DNA from: an uncultured Chloroflexia bacterium
Lineage (GTDB): Bacteria > Chloroflexota > Limnocylindria > QHBO01
Reading direction: 5' to 3'
DNA length: 64,000 bases
NCBI GenBank assembly: GCA_963825525.1
Contig: CAWGTN010000002.1
Coordinates: 544,001-608,000 of the forward strand
The position numbers and the translations under genes were made by a program. Below the pieces are notes generated by a model. It was not told the DNA's origin, did no database searches, and worked only from the letters and a program-made list of their open reading frames with translations. Positions within the stretch are counted from its first letter, which is position 1. Each line of letters starts with the position of its first letter. Positions 30,637 to 39,973 of the stretch are shown one piece after another.

Positions 30637-31803
30637 ATGCCCGATACGGACGCGCTGCGGCGCATCGTCGACGCGCGCCTCCCGCGCCTGCTGAGGGATC
30701 TCGAGCGGCTCGTCAACGTCGATTGCGGCTCGTACAGCCCCGATGGCGTCAACCAGGTCGCCGACTTCATGGCCGATGAGCTGACCAAGCTCGGGGCACA
30801 GGTCTCGCGCACGCCCCATCAGCCGGAACCCGGTCAACCGGCCTTCGGCGATCTCGTCATCGGGCGCATCGCCGGCAGCGGCCCGCGGCTGCTGCTCATC
30901 GGCCACATGGACACGGTCTTCGAGGCCGGGACGGCCTCCGCGCGTCCATATCGAATTGCCGGCGAGCGTGCGACCGGTCCGGGCGTCACCGACATGAAGG
31001 CGGGCCTGCTCGCCGGCCTGCATGCCATCGGCGCGCTACGCGAGGCTGGCGCGGACCCCGCCGTCACCTTCGTCGCCAACCCGGACGAGGAGGTCGGCTC
31101 GCCGTTCAGCACACCGTTCATCCGGGACCTCGCCGGAGAGCATGACGTCGCGTTCGTGCTCGAGTGCGCGCGCGCCAACGGCGACATCGTCAGCGCCCGC
31201 AAGGGAATCGCCGACTACACGATCGAGCTCGTCGGCCGGGCGGCACACGCCGGCATCGAGCCGGAGAAGGGCCGATCGGCGATTCTCGAGTCGGCGCACC
31301 AGGTCCTCGCACTCCACGCGCTCAATGGCCGCTGGCCGACCGTCACCCTCAACGCCGGCGTGATCCGAGGCGGCACCCGGCCCAACGTGGTCGCCGAGCA
31401 CTGCGAGATCCAGGTCGACCTCCGTGCCTCAACCGTCGCCGAATTCGACGAGGCTGCGGCTGAAGTCGAGCGCGTCGTCGGCGCACCGACCGTGAGCGGC
31501 GTGAGCACCTCGATGCGGCGGACGGCCATGCACCCGCCGATGGAGAAGTCGGCCGCGACCGGTCGCCTCGTCGAACTCGCGGTGCAGGTCGCGGGCGAGC
31601 TCGGCTTCGACCTCCACGATGCGGCGACCGGCGGCGCGTCGGACGCCAACACCTGCGCGGCGCTCGGCCTGCCCACGCTCGATGGACTGGGGCCGGTGGG
31701 TGGCGATGACCACTCCCGCGACGAGTGGCTGGACCTCGCCAGCGTCGCGCCGCGGACCACGCTGCTGGCCGCGCTCATCGGCCGAATCGCGGAAGCTCTC
31801 TGA
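30637..31803 (+). CDS. M20 family metallopeptidase, carboxypeptidase G2-like
   Basis: GHMDTVF, GPGV.DMKAG, DEE.GS, LEC, RKG, AAHAG, N.GVI.GG..PNVV, GG.SDAN, DGLG..G...HS..E. Confidence 0.92.
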   Translation: MPDTDALRRIVDARLPRLLRDLERLVNVDCGSYSPDGVNQVADFMADELTKLGAQVSRTPHQPEPGQPAFGDLVIGRIAGSGPRLLLIGHMDTVFEAGTASARPYRIAGERATGPGVTDMKAGLLAGLHAIGALREAGADPAVTFVANPDEEVGSPFSTPFIRDLAGEHDVAFVLECARANGDIVSARKGIADYTIELVGRAAHAGIEPEKGRSAILESAHQVLALHALNGRWPTVTLNAGVIRGGTRPNVVAEHCEIQVDLRASTVAEFDEAAAEVERVVGAPTVSGVSTSMRRTAMHPPMEKSAATGRLVELAVQVAGELGFDLHDAATGGASDANTCAALGLPTLDGLGPVGGDDHSRDEWLDLASVAPRTTLLAALIGRIAEAL

Positions 31804-31872
31804 GCTCCCGCCGCCGCCCGGGCGCGTCGCTCGGCCGGGGCACGCGGCGCTCCTCGGCTAGAATGGGTCGTC

Positions 31873-32334
31873 GTGACCGATGACTATCGCCACCGCACGA
31901 CGCTGCAGGTGCGCTTCCGCGACATCGATGCGTTCGGGCACGTCAACAACGCCGTCTTCTTCAGCTACATCGAGCTCGCGCGGATTCGCTACGTGCTCGA
32001 TGTCCTGGAATCGTCGGAGCCGTTCGACCGCCTGCCACTCATCCTTGCCCGGGTCGAGCTCGACTACCGATCGCCGATCATGTTCGGCGAGGAGGTCGTG
32101 GTCGACACCCGGGTGGAGCGCATCGGCCGCACGAGCATCCAGATGGCACACCGCATGACGACCGCAGCGACGGCACGGCTGGTCGGCGACGTGCAGAGCG
32201 TGCTGGTGACCTACGACTACGCGTCCGCATCGCCGATGCCGGTGCCGGATGACTGGCGACGACGTTTCGGCGACCATGAGGGCAGATCCTTCGAGTCCGA
32301 TGCGCCACGGCCCGACCGGGCCGCGGCCAGCTGA
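31873..32334 (+). CDS. Acyl-CoA thioesterase (4HBT/YbgC-like)
   Basis: VRFRDIDAFGHVNNAVFFSY.E.AR hot-dog motif. Confidence 0.92.
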   Translation: MTDDYRHRTTLQVRFRDIDAFGHVNNAVFFSYIELARIRYVLDVLESSEPFDRLPLILARVELDYRSPIMFGEEVVVDTRVERIGRTSIQMAHRMTTAATARLVGDVQSVLVTYDYASASPMPVPDDWRRRFGDHEGRSFESDAPRPDRAAAS

Positions 32335-32347
32335 GCACAGGAGACCC

Positions 32348-33766
32348 ATGGCAGAACAGCAACGCTTCGATCTCCTCATCCTGGGCGGGGGCATGAGCTA
32401 CGTCGGCGCCATTCGGGCGGCCCAGCTCGGCCTGAACGTCGGGATCATCGAGCGGGATCGCCTGGGTGGGACATGCCTCAACCGCGGCTGCATCCCATCG
32501 AAGGCTCTCCTGGAGACCGCCGACCTGCTTCACCGGGTCACGGAACAGGGAGCCGAGTTCGGCCTGTCCGGGCACGACGGCATCGGTCTCGACTACGGCG
32601 CGCTCGGGAAGCGACGGGACGCGGTGATCGACAAGCATGTCGGCGGCGTCGAGTTCCTCATGAAGAAGAACAAGGTGACCGTTCTGCGGGGCACGGGCGT
32701 GCTCACCGGCCCGACCAGCGTGCGTGTCACCGGTGGCGAGTCCGGCGACATCGAGGCCTCGGCGGACAATCTCATGCTGGCCACCGGCTCGGTCCCCCGA
32801 GCTCTCCCCGGGCTCGAGCCCGACGGCCACCGCATCATCACCAGCGACGAGGCCCTGACGCGAAATGACGTCCCCGGCCGGGTGGCCATCGTCGGCGCCG
32901 GAGCCATCGGCGTCGAGTGGGCGAGCATGTACCGCGACTTCGGTGCCGAGGTCACGCTCATCGAGTACGCCGATCGGGTCGTGCCGCTCGAGGACGCCGA
33001 GGTCGGCAAGGAGCTTGCGCGCGTCTTCAAGAAGCGTGGCATCGCCATCCACGTCGCCAGCAGCATCGACGCCGAGACGATCAAGAAGAGCGACACCGAG
33101 GTCAGCTTCCAGGTCGCCACGAAGGACGGCTCCAAGCGGACCGACCTGTCCGCAGACGTGATCCTGGTGGCCGTCGGCCGCCGCCCGGTCACCGAGGAGA
33201 TCGGCCTCGACGCGATCGAGGGTGTCGAGCTCGAGCGCGGCTACGTCATCGTCGACGAGTACATGCGCACCGGGGCCGAACATCTCTACGCCATCGGCGA
33301 CATCGTTCCCGGCTTCGCACTCGCCCACGTCGCCAGCCACGAGGCGGTGGTCGCCGTGGAGCACATGGCAGGCCACGACCCGGAGCCCGTGCGCATGCAC
33401 CTCATGCCGCGCGTCACGTTCTGCCGGCCGCAGATCGCCTCGGTCGGGATGAGCGAGGAGGAGGCGAAGGCCGCCGGCCACGAGATCAAGATCGGGGCGT
33501 TCCCGTTCCGTGCGCTCGGCAAGGCCACGATCGTCGGTGAGGTCGACGGCTTCGCGAAATTCGTCGCCGATGCCGAGACCGGGCTCCTGCTGGGCGCCCA
33601 CATCATCGGGCCCCACGCCGGCGATCTCCTGGCCGAGCCGACGCTGGCCCTGCTGGTCGAGGGAACGGCCGCGGAGATCGCGATGAGCGTCCATGCTCAC
33701 CCGACCCTCACCGAAGTGCTCGCCGAGGCCGCGCTGGCGGTCGATGGCGCGGCAATCCACGTCTAG
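32348..33766 (+). CDS. lpdA: Dihydrolipoyl dehydrogenase (E3)
   Basis: GGTCLNRGCIPSK redox disulfide, GAGAIG.E, HAHPTL.E. Confidence 0.96.
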   Translation: MAEQQRFDLLILGGGMSYVGAIRAAQLGLNVGIIERDRLGGTCLNRGCIPSKALLETADLLHRVTEQGAEFGLSGHDGIGLDYGALGKRRDAVIDKHVGGVEFLMKKNKVTVLRGTGVLTGPTSVRVTGGESGDIEASADNLMLATGSVPRALPGLEPDGHRIITSDEALTRNDVPGRVAIVGAGAIGVEWASMYRDFGAEVTLIEYADRVVPLEDAEVGKELARVFKKRGIAIHVASSIDAETIKKSDTEVSFQVATKDGSKRTDLSADVILVAVGRRPVTEEIGLDAIEGVELERGYVIVDEYMRTGAEHLYAIGDIVPGFALAHVASHEAVVAVEHMAGHDPEPVRMHLMPRVTFCRPQIASVGMSEEEAKAAGHEIKIGAFPFRALGKATIVGEVDGFAKFVADAETGLLLGAHIIGPHAGDLLAEPTLALLVEGTAAEIAMSVHAHPTLTEVLAEAALAVDGAAIHV

Positions 33767-33778
33767 GAGGGCAGCGGA

Positions 33779-34841
33779 ATGGCCACGACCGATACCCGGC
33801 CGCGACACATCGAGCTCGGCCTCAGCGATGACGACGTCATCGGCATGTACCGCGACATGCTTCTCGCGCGAGCCGTCGACGAGCGGATGTGGCTCATGCA
33901 GCGCGCGGGCAAGATCGCCTTCATCATCTCGGGCCAGGGGCACGAGGGAGCGCAGGTGGCGACGTCGTGGGTGATGCGCAAGGGGCAGGACTGGATGGCG
34001 CCGTTCTATCGGTCCATCGCCAGCGCCATGACGTTCGGGATGAGCGCCGAGGACATCATCACCGCTCACCTCGCCAAGGCCGATGACGTGAGCTCGGGCG
34101 GGCGGCAGATGCCCGGCCACTACGGCGGCGCCCGGTACAACATCGTCTCCCTCAGCTCGCCGGTCGGGACCCAGGTGCTCCACGCGGTGGGGATCGCGAT
34201 GGGCGCGTGGGTGAAGGGCGACGACGTCGTGACCATGACCCAGTTCGGCGAGGGAACCTCGAACCAGGGCGAGATTCACGAAGCGATGAACTTCGCGGGC
34301 GTCCACAAGCTGCCGGTGATCTTCGTGTGCGAGAACAACGGCTACGCGATCAGCGTCCCGCTCGATCAGCAGGTGGCCGGCAGCTCGGTGGCGGCTCGTG
34401 CGGCCGGCTACGACATGCCCGGCGTGGTGGTGGACGGAGGGGACGTTCTCGCCTGCTACGCCGCCGCACGCGACGCTCACGAGCGTGCCCGCACCGGCCA
34501 GGGCCCCACCCTGATCGAGGCGCGCGTGGTCCGGCTTGACGAGCCACTCGTCGGACGACGACCAGCGCCGCTATCGAGATGCCGACGAGGTGGCCGGGCT
34601 CAAGGAGCGCGATCCCATCCCGTTGTTCGCGGACGAGCTGCGAGCGAGCGGGGTACTCACCGACGAGCTGGAGGAGACCATTCGCGCCGAGATCAAGTCG
34701 GAGGTCAACGAGGCCAACAAGCGCGCCGAGGCACGCCCGGAGCCGACGCCGGACGACGCCCATGAGCGCGTCTACGCCGAGACGATTCCCGGTGGCGGCA
34801 CCGCTCAGCCGCTCGCTCCACTCGGCGACGGGGGGCACTGA
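33779..34841 (+). pseudogene. 2-oxoacid (probably branched-chain) dehydrogenase E1 alpha, +1 frameshift near 34535 (probably a sequence error)
   Basis: GQGHEG.Q, GRQMPGH, FGEG...(N) TPP motif, ENNGYAIS in frame 33779; the conserved R.TSHSSDDD..YR and DP continue in frame 34536..34841. Confidence 0.88.
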
Positions 34842-34842
34842 C

Positions 34843-35829
34843 ATGGCAGAGCTCAACATCCTCGAGGCGATCCGGCAGGCCATGGACGAGGAGATGGACC
34901 GCGACGAGCGGGTCATGGTCCTGGGCGAGGACGTCGGGAAGAAGGGCGGTGTGTTCGGTGCCACCGAGGGCCTGTATGCGAAGTACGGCGAGAAGCGCGT
35001 CCTCGACACACCACTCACCGAGGGAATGATCGCCGGTGCGGCCATGGGCGCCGCGGTCTACGGCCTTCGCCCCGTGGCCGAGATGCAGTTCGCGGACTTC
35101 GTGTACCCGGCCTTCAACCAGATCGTCTCCGAGATCAGCCGCATCCACTACCGATCGAACGGCACCTTCAGCGCCCCGATGGTGATTCGGATGCCGTACG
35201 GCGGCGGCGTTCACGGCGCGCTCTACCACTCGCAGTCGAACGAGGGCTATTTCACGCACACCGTCGGCCTCAAGGTCGTGGCGCCCGGGACGCCGGCCGA
35301 CGCCAAGGGCCTCTTGAAGTCCTCGATCCGCGACCCCGATCCGGTGATGTTCTTCGAGCACAAGAAGACGTATCGGCTGTTCAAGGGGGAGGTTCCGGAT
35401 GGCGACATCGTCGTGCCCATCGGCAAGGCAGACGTCGCCCGCAAGGGCAAGCACCTCTCGATCTTCTGTTACGGGTTCATGCGGACGTGTGCCCTCGAGG
35501 CAGCTGAGACCCTGGCCCGCGAGGATGGGGTCGAGGCGGAGATCGTCGACCTGAGAACGCTCAGGCCGCTCGACATGGAGACGGTGCTGGCATCGGTGGC
35601 CAAGACGGGCAAGGCCCTCGTCGTGCACGAGGCGAACCGGTTCGGTGGCTTCGGCGCCGAGATCGCGGCGGAGATCAGCGAGCGCGCATTCGAGCAGCTC
35701 GACGGCCCCGTTACCCGGCTGGCCGGGCCGGAGGTTCCGGGCGTTCCCTACCACCACGCACTGGAAGACTGGTACATGATCGGTCCGGCGCGGATCGTCG
35801 ATGCCGCGCGCAAGCTCGCAGCCTACTGA
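34843..35829 (+). CDS. 2-oxoacid dehydrogenase E1 beta subunit
   Basis: GEDVG..GGVF.AT.GL, DTPL.E, EMQFADF, HSQS.E, DPV.FFEHK, DLRTL.PLD. Confidence 0.95.
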   Translation: MAELNILEAIRQAMDEEMDRDERVMVLGEDVGKKGGVFGATEGLYAKYGEKRVLDTPLTEGMIAGAAMGAAVYGLRPVAEMQFADFVYPAFNQIVSEISRIHYRSNGTFSAPMVIRMPYGGGVHGALYHSQSNEGYFTHTVGLKVVAPGTPADAKGLLKSSIRDPDPVMFFEHKKTYRLFKGEVPDGDIVVPIGKADVARKGKHLSIFCYGFMRTCALEAAETLAREDGVEAEIVDLRTLRPLDMETVLASVAKTGKALVVHEANRFGGFGAEIAAEISERAFEQLDGPVTRLAGPEVPGVPYHHALEDWYMIGPARIVDAARKLAAY

Positions 35830-35895
35830 CCGATCGATCACAATCTGATCCACACCACGACGTAGCGAACCAGACCAGAGGAAGGCTTCCAACCG

Positions 35896-37383
35896 ATGGC
35901 AACCACGATCAAGATGCCGCAGCTGGGCGAATCGGTCACCGAGGGTACGATCGAGCGCTGGCTCGTCGCCGAGGGCGACACCGTCGAGCAGTACGACCCG
36001 CTGTTCGAGGTCGTCACGGACAAGGTCAACGCCGAGGTGCCGGCCGAAGTGGCGGGCAAGATCGCCAAGATCCTCGTCCCCGATGGTGAGACGGTGGCCG
36101 TGGGAACGCCCGTGGCCGAGATCGAGGAAGCCGGCGCCGAGGCGTCCGCCGATGCCGCAGCGGCACCACCCGCCGAGGCCGCGGCGACCGCGTCGCCCGA
36201 GCCATCGAGCACCGAGGCCGAGACATCGCAGCCCGAGCCGCCGGCAGCGACCGAGGAACAGCCGGCCCAGGAGGCCACCGCTCCAGCGGCCACAGAGCCG
36301 GAAGCTCCGGCCCCGGCGTCCGAAGCTGCCCCGGCGAGCACCGAGCCGGCGGCTGCGGACGAGGACGCCGCAGGAAGCAACGGCGACGGCAATGCACGGA
36401 TGACACCGGCAGTGCGACGGCTGGTTCGCGAGCACGAGATCGACGTGGCTCGCCTCACCGGGACCGGCGCCGGCGGACGCGTGACGCGAGACGATGTGCT
36501 CCAGTTCATCAACTCCGGTGGCGCATCATCGGCACCGGCAGAGCAGGCTCCGGTGGCCGAGCCCGATGCCGCCAAGGCTCCGACTCCGGCCTCGGCTCCG
36601 CCCAGCCCGGCGCCCGCCGCCGCGGCGCCCGCGGCACCTGCGGCACCCCCGACGCCGGTCCCAACGGCGTCCGGTGGCGACACCGAGGTGCCGCTGTCCC
36701 AGATGCGCAAGGCCATCGCGCGGAGGATGACCCAGGTCAAGCAGACGGTCCCCCACGCCTACACGGTGGTGGAGGTCGACATGACCAATGCCGTGAAGTG
36801 GCGCGACGTGAACAACGCCGCGTTCAAGGCGCGCGAGGGTGCCTCGCTCTCATTCGTGGCTGTCGTCATCAAGGCAGTGACCGAGACGCTGCGCAAGCAT
36901 CCGACCCTCAACAGTCAGTTCGCCGACGATCGGATCATCCTCAAGCAGGCAATGAACATCGGCATCGCGGTGGCGGTCGACAACGGGCTCATCGTGCCGG
37001 TCATCGCCAACGCGGATCAGCTCTCGATCAGCGGCGTCAACGCCAGGATTCGAGACATCGCAGGCCGCGCCAAGGATGGAAAGCTTCGGCTCGACGAGCT
37101 CCAGGGCGGAACGTTCACCGTGAACAACACCGGCTGGTTCGGCTCCGTGAGCTCGATGCCGATCATCAATGCGCCCGAGGTCGCGATCCTGTCGATGGAG
37201 GCCATCGTCAAGCGACCGCGCGTGATCGAGGTCGATGGCCAGGACGTCATCGCCATCCGGCACATGATGAACATGACGTGCAGCTTCGATCACCGTGTCC
37301 TGGACGGCGCGCAGGTCGGCTACTTCATGGCCGATGTGCGCGAGGCGCTCGAGCAATGGGATACGAACACGCCGCTCGGTTGA
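35896..37383 (+). CDS. Dihydrolipoamide acyltransferase (E2)
   Basis: Lipoyl domain EVVTDKV, E3-binding TPAVRRL...GTG.GGRVT..DV, catalytic DHRVLDG. Confidence 0.95.
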   Translation: MATTIKMPQLGESVTEGTIERWLVAEGDTVEQYDPLFEVVTDKVNAEVPAEVAGKIAKILVPDGETVAVGTPVAEIEEAGAEASADAAAAPPAEAAATASPEPSSTEAETSQPEPPAATEEQPAQEATAPAATEPEAPAPASEAAPASTEPAAADEDAAGSNGDGNARMTPAVRRLVREHEIDVARLTGTGAGGRVTRDDVLQFINSGGASSAPAEQAPVAEPDAAKAPTPASAPPSPAPAAAAPAAPAAPPTPVPTASGGDTEVPLSQMRKAIARRMTQVKQTVPHAYTVVEVDMTNAVKWRDVNNAAFKAREGASLSFVAVVIKAVTETLRKHPTLNSQFADDRIILKQAMNIGIAVAVDNGLIVPVIANADQLSISGVNARIRDIAGRAKDGKLRLDELQGGTFTVNNTGWFGSVSSMPIINAPEVAILSMEAIVKRPRVIEVDGQDVIAIRHMMNMTCSFDHRVLDGAQVGYFMADVREALEQWDTNTPLG

Positions 37384-37425
37384 CCCCGAATACCGGTCGG
37401 GCGCCTCATCCCGCGCGTCGAAGGA

Positions 37426-38565
37426 TCAGGCGGCGACCGGTCGCCGGGACTTCGTGATGCCCGGTATGGCGCCCAGGCGCCGCAGGCGACGGACGGCCGG
37501 CGTCCAGATCAGCGCCCCACCTGTCTGAAGCGCCACCCACAGCAGGATGAGCAGTCCCGGCGCGCCGAGGGTGGCGGCGGGCACCGCCCACACGATGGCG
37601 TTGCCGCTCAGGCCGATTCCGCCGAGATCGAGGGTCAGCTTCGCAGGATCGAACGCGATCTGGAGGCCGGTCACGACGGCCACACCACCCGTTCCGGGAA
37701 CGACGATCGGATCCGGCTGAGCGCTGCCGGTGGGAAGCGTCGGTCGCGACGCCCCGCCCCCCGAGCTGCCGCTCGGACCGCCGCTGCCCGGCCCGATCGG
37801 CCCCGAACCCGGTGCGACCGTGGTCGGGCGCGGGGTGGCCGAAGGTCGCGGGCTGCTGGTCCCGCCAACGGTCGGGCGAGGGGTGGATGTCGGAGCGGCC
37901 GTGCCCGAAGGCTGCGGGACGATGGATGGCAGCGGCGACCCGATGCTCGGAAGCGGGATCGTCGGCAACGGGATCCACGGGGTCGCGGTGGGAGCCGGCG
38001 TCGCGGTCGAGCCGGGCGTGGGGGCCGGTGTCACCGTTGGGGCCGGTGTCGGCGCGAGCAGGACGCGAACGGTCGGAGACGATCCGAGGAGCGGACCGGC
38101 GCCACTGCACCCCTGGAGCGGGTACGCGCTCGCCTGCCAGGTGGCCTGCCCTGCCGAGAGCGCCTCGGCCCGAACCGTGAACGACGTGCTCAGGGGCCGA
38201 AGCAGGCCGCCGATGCCGCCGGAGCTGCTGACGCGGACCTGGTTCCCGGCCGATCCGCTGCTCGACCATCCGCCGCCGGCAGTCACCGACAGCACGTCGA
38301 AGCTGACGGGAACATCGATGACGATGCACTTGATCGGCCCCAGCGGGTCCGTGGTCGCGTTCAGCGTGAAGTTGGTCACTGTGCCGGCCGTCACGGTCGT
38401 CGGGCTCACTGAGAGTGTCCAGTACAGCAGTGCCGCGCGAGCTGTCCCGGCCCCCGACACCGCGAGAGTCGCCAGAAGGGCGGCAACGACCCAGGCGCGC
38501 GCGCGGCGCGAAACCGGTGCGGGATCGCGCCGGCGGGGATCGCCTGTTCGGTGAGCGAGCGACAT
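37426..38565 (-). CDS. Predicted exported, membrane-anchored protein (signal peptide, beta-rich domain, Pro/Thr linker, C-terminal TM and basic tail)
   Basis: RRARAWVVAALLATLAVSGAGTARA signal-like segment; PTPAPT repeats; hydrophobic WAVPA...LIW then RRLRR. Confidence 0.72.
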   Translation of the reverse strand: MSLAHRTGDPRRRDPAPVSRRARAWVVAALLATLAVSGAGTARAALLYWTLSVSPTTVTAGTVTNFTLNATTDPLGPIKCIVIDVPVSFDVLSVTAGGGWSSSGSAGNQVRVSSSGGIGGLLRPLSTSFTVRAEALSAGQATWQASAYPLQGCSGAGPLLGSSPTVRVLLAPTPAPTVTPAPTPGSTATPAPTATPWIPLPTIPLPSIGSPLPSIVPQPSGTAAPTSTPRPTVGGTSSPRPSATPRPTTVAPGSGPIGPGSGGPSGSSGGGASRPTLPTGSAQPDPIVVPGTGGVAVVTGLQIAFDPAKLTLDLGGIGLSGNAIVWAVPAATLGAPGLLILLWVALQTGGALIWTPAVRRLRRLGAIPGITKSRRPVAA

Positions 38566-38759
38566 TGGCGGGACAGTAGCCCGGGAACGTGCTCATCCGC
38601 CATGGGAGTTCCGGCCACGACGTACTGGGGCGCGTGCGCGCACCACTGCATCCCGAACCCGAGTGTTCGGTCCGGTGCAGTACCCCCGGGTACGTTGGTC
38701 CGCCTCCCGTGCTCAACGCAGGGCAGGCACACCGGGGCGCCCTTCGGTAGACTTTGGCA

Positions 38760-39815
38760 ATGGCCCTTGATGACCCGCGCCCCGACTTCTCGACCCTCGG
38801 TGAGCTGACCGTCGTGTCCGCGCCGGCCGGCGGGCATGCGACGCCATCCGACGTGATGTATCCCGGCGGCCCCCAGGTCGATGGCGGCCTCCTGGCGCCC
38901 GGGGACCCCATCCCCGAGAACGCCGGACCCGGCGGTCGACGCCCCGCATGGCTCAAGGTCCGGCTCGGCATGGGCAGCACGTACGCCGACACGAATCGCA
39001 TCCTGCGCGCCGAGTCGTTGAACACGGTCTGCGAGGAAGCTCGATGCCCGAACCAGGGCGAATGCTGGGCCCTCGGGACCGCCACCTTCATGATCCTGGG
39101 CAGTGTCTGCACGCGGAACTGCGGCTTCTGCGCCATCGACACCGGTCGGCCGCCGATCACCGACCTCGACGAGCCCCGTCGCGTCGCCGAGGCGACGCAT
39201 CAGATGGGCCTGAAGCACGTCGTCATCACCATGGTCGCGCGCGACGATCTCGCCGATGGCGGGGCGCAGATGGTGGCCGACACGATCACCGAGATCCGCC
39301 GATCGAATCCCGGGACGAGCACCGAGGTGCTCATCAGCGATCTCAACGGCCGTCCCGACGACATCCGGACCGTGGTCGAGGCCCGACCCGACATCCTCAA
39401 TCACAACGTCGAGACCGTGCCGCGGCTCCAGAAGGCCGTCCGCCGGCGAGCGCGCTGGGACCGATCGGTCTCGGTCCTGACCCACGGTCGAACGGTCGCT
39501 GCCGAGATCGGCTTCGAAGGCATGGTCACCAAGACGGGGATCATGCTGGGGCTCGGCGAGACCTGGGACGAGATCGTCGAGGCGATGTCGCTTCTGCGCG
39601 ACGCCGATGTCGACGTCCTGACCATCGGCCAATACCTCCGCCCCAGCCAGAAGCACCTGCCGCTCGTGAAGTACTACACCCCGGCCGAGTTCATGTCGCT
39701 GCGACGGATCGGGCTCGAGCTGGGCTTCAAGCACGTGCAGTCGGGGCCACTCGTCCGGTCCAGCTACCACGCCGCCGAGCAGGTCCCCGGGCGCGAGACC
39801 GCCGCGGCGAGTTGA
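38760..39815 (+). CDS. lipA: Lipoyl synthase
   Basis: CEEARCPNQGEC, CTRNCGFC radical-SAM motif, HNVETV, GQYL.P, RSSYHA. Confidence 0.97.
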   Translation: MALDDPRPDFSTLGELTVVSAPAGGHATPSDVMYPGGPQVDGGLLAPGDPIPENAGPGGRRPAWLKVRLGMGSTYADTNRILRAESLNTVCEEARCPNQGECWALGTATFMILGSVCTRNCGFCAIDTGRPPITDLDEPRRVAEATHQMGLKHVVITMVARDDLADGGAQMVADTITEIRRSNPGTSTEVLISDLNGRPDDIRTVVEARPDILNHNVETVPRLQKAVRRRARWDRSVSVLTHGRTVAAEIGFEGMVTKTGIMLGLGETWDEIVEAMSLLRDADVDVLTIGQYLRPSQKHLPLVKYYTPAEFMSLRRIGLELGFKHVQSGPLVRSSYHAAEQVPGRETAAAS

Positions 39816-39833
39816 GCCGACCGGCCGGTCTCC

Positions 39834-39964
39834 GCCAGATTCAGATGACCTGCGCACCCACGTCACAATTCCCCCAGGCTCGTGCCACCCTGCCGTGCAA
39901 ACCCAGCAGGTGGCATGAATTCGCCCGAAACGCGGGCCGCGTGCGCGCCTGACATGAATCTGGC
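39834..39964. repeat. 131-bp intergenic inverted-repeat element, family B, copy 1
   Basis: Ends GCCAGATTCA...TGAATCTGGC; ungapped homologue at 46477-46607. Confidence 0.7.
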
Positions 39965-39973
39965 AAGGACCCC

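Noticed and set aside
34525-34545. Programmed +1 frameshift in E1-alpha (CTT GAC context)
   Set aside because: No in-frame stop at the site and no upstream SD-like stimulator as in prfB; two similar +1 breaks elsewhere point to sequence error.
36130-36680. Ala/Pro/Glu low-complexity repeats in E2
   Set aside because: Normal flexible linkers of dihydrolipoamide acyltransferases.
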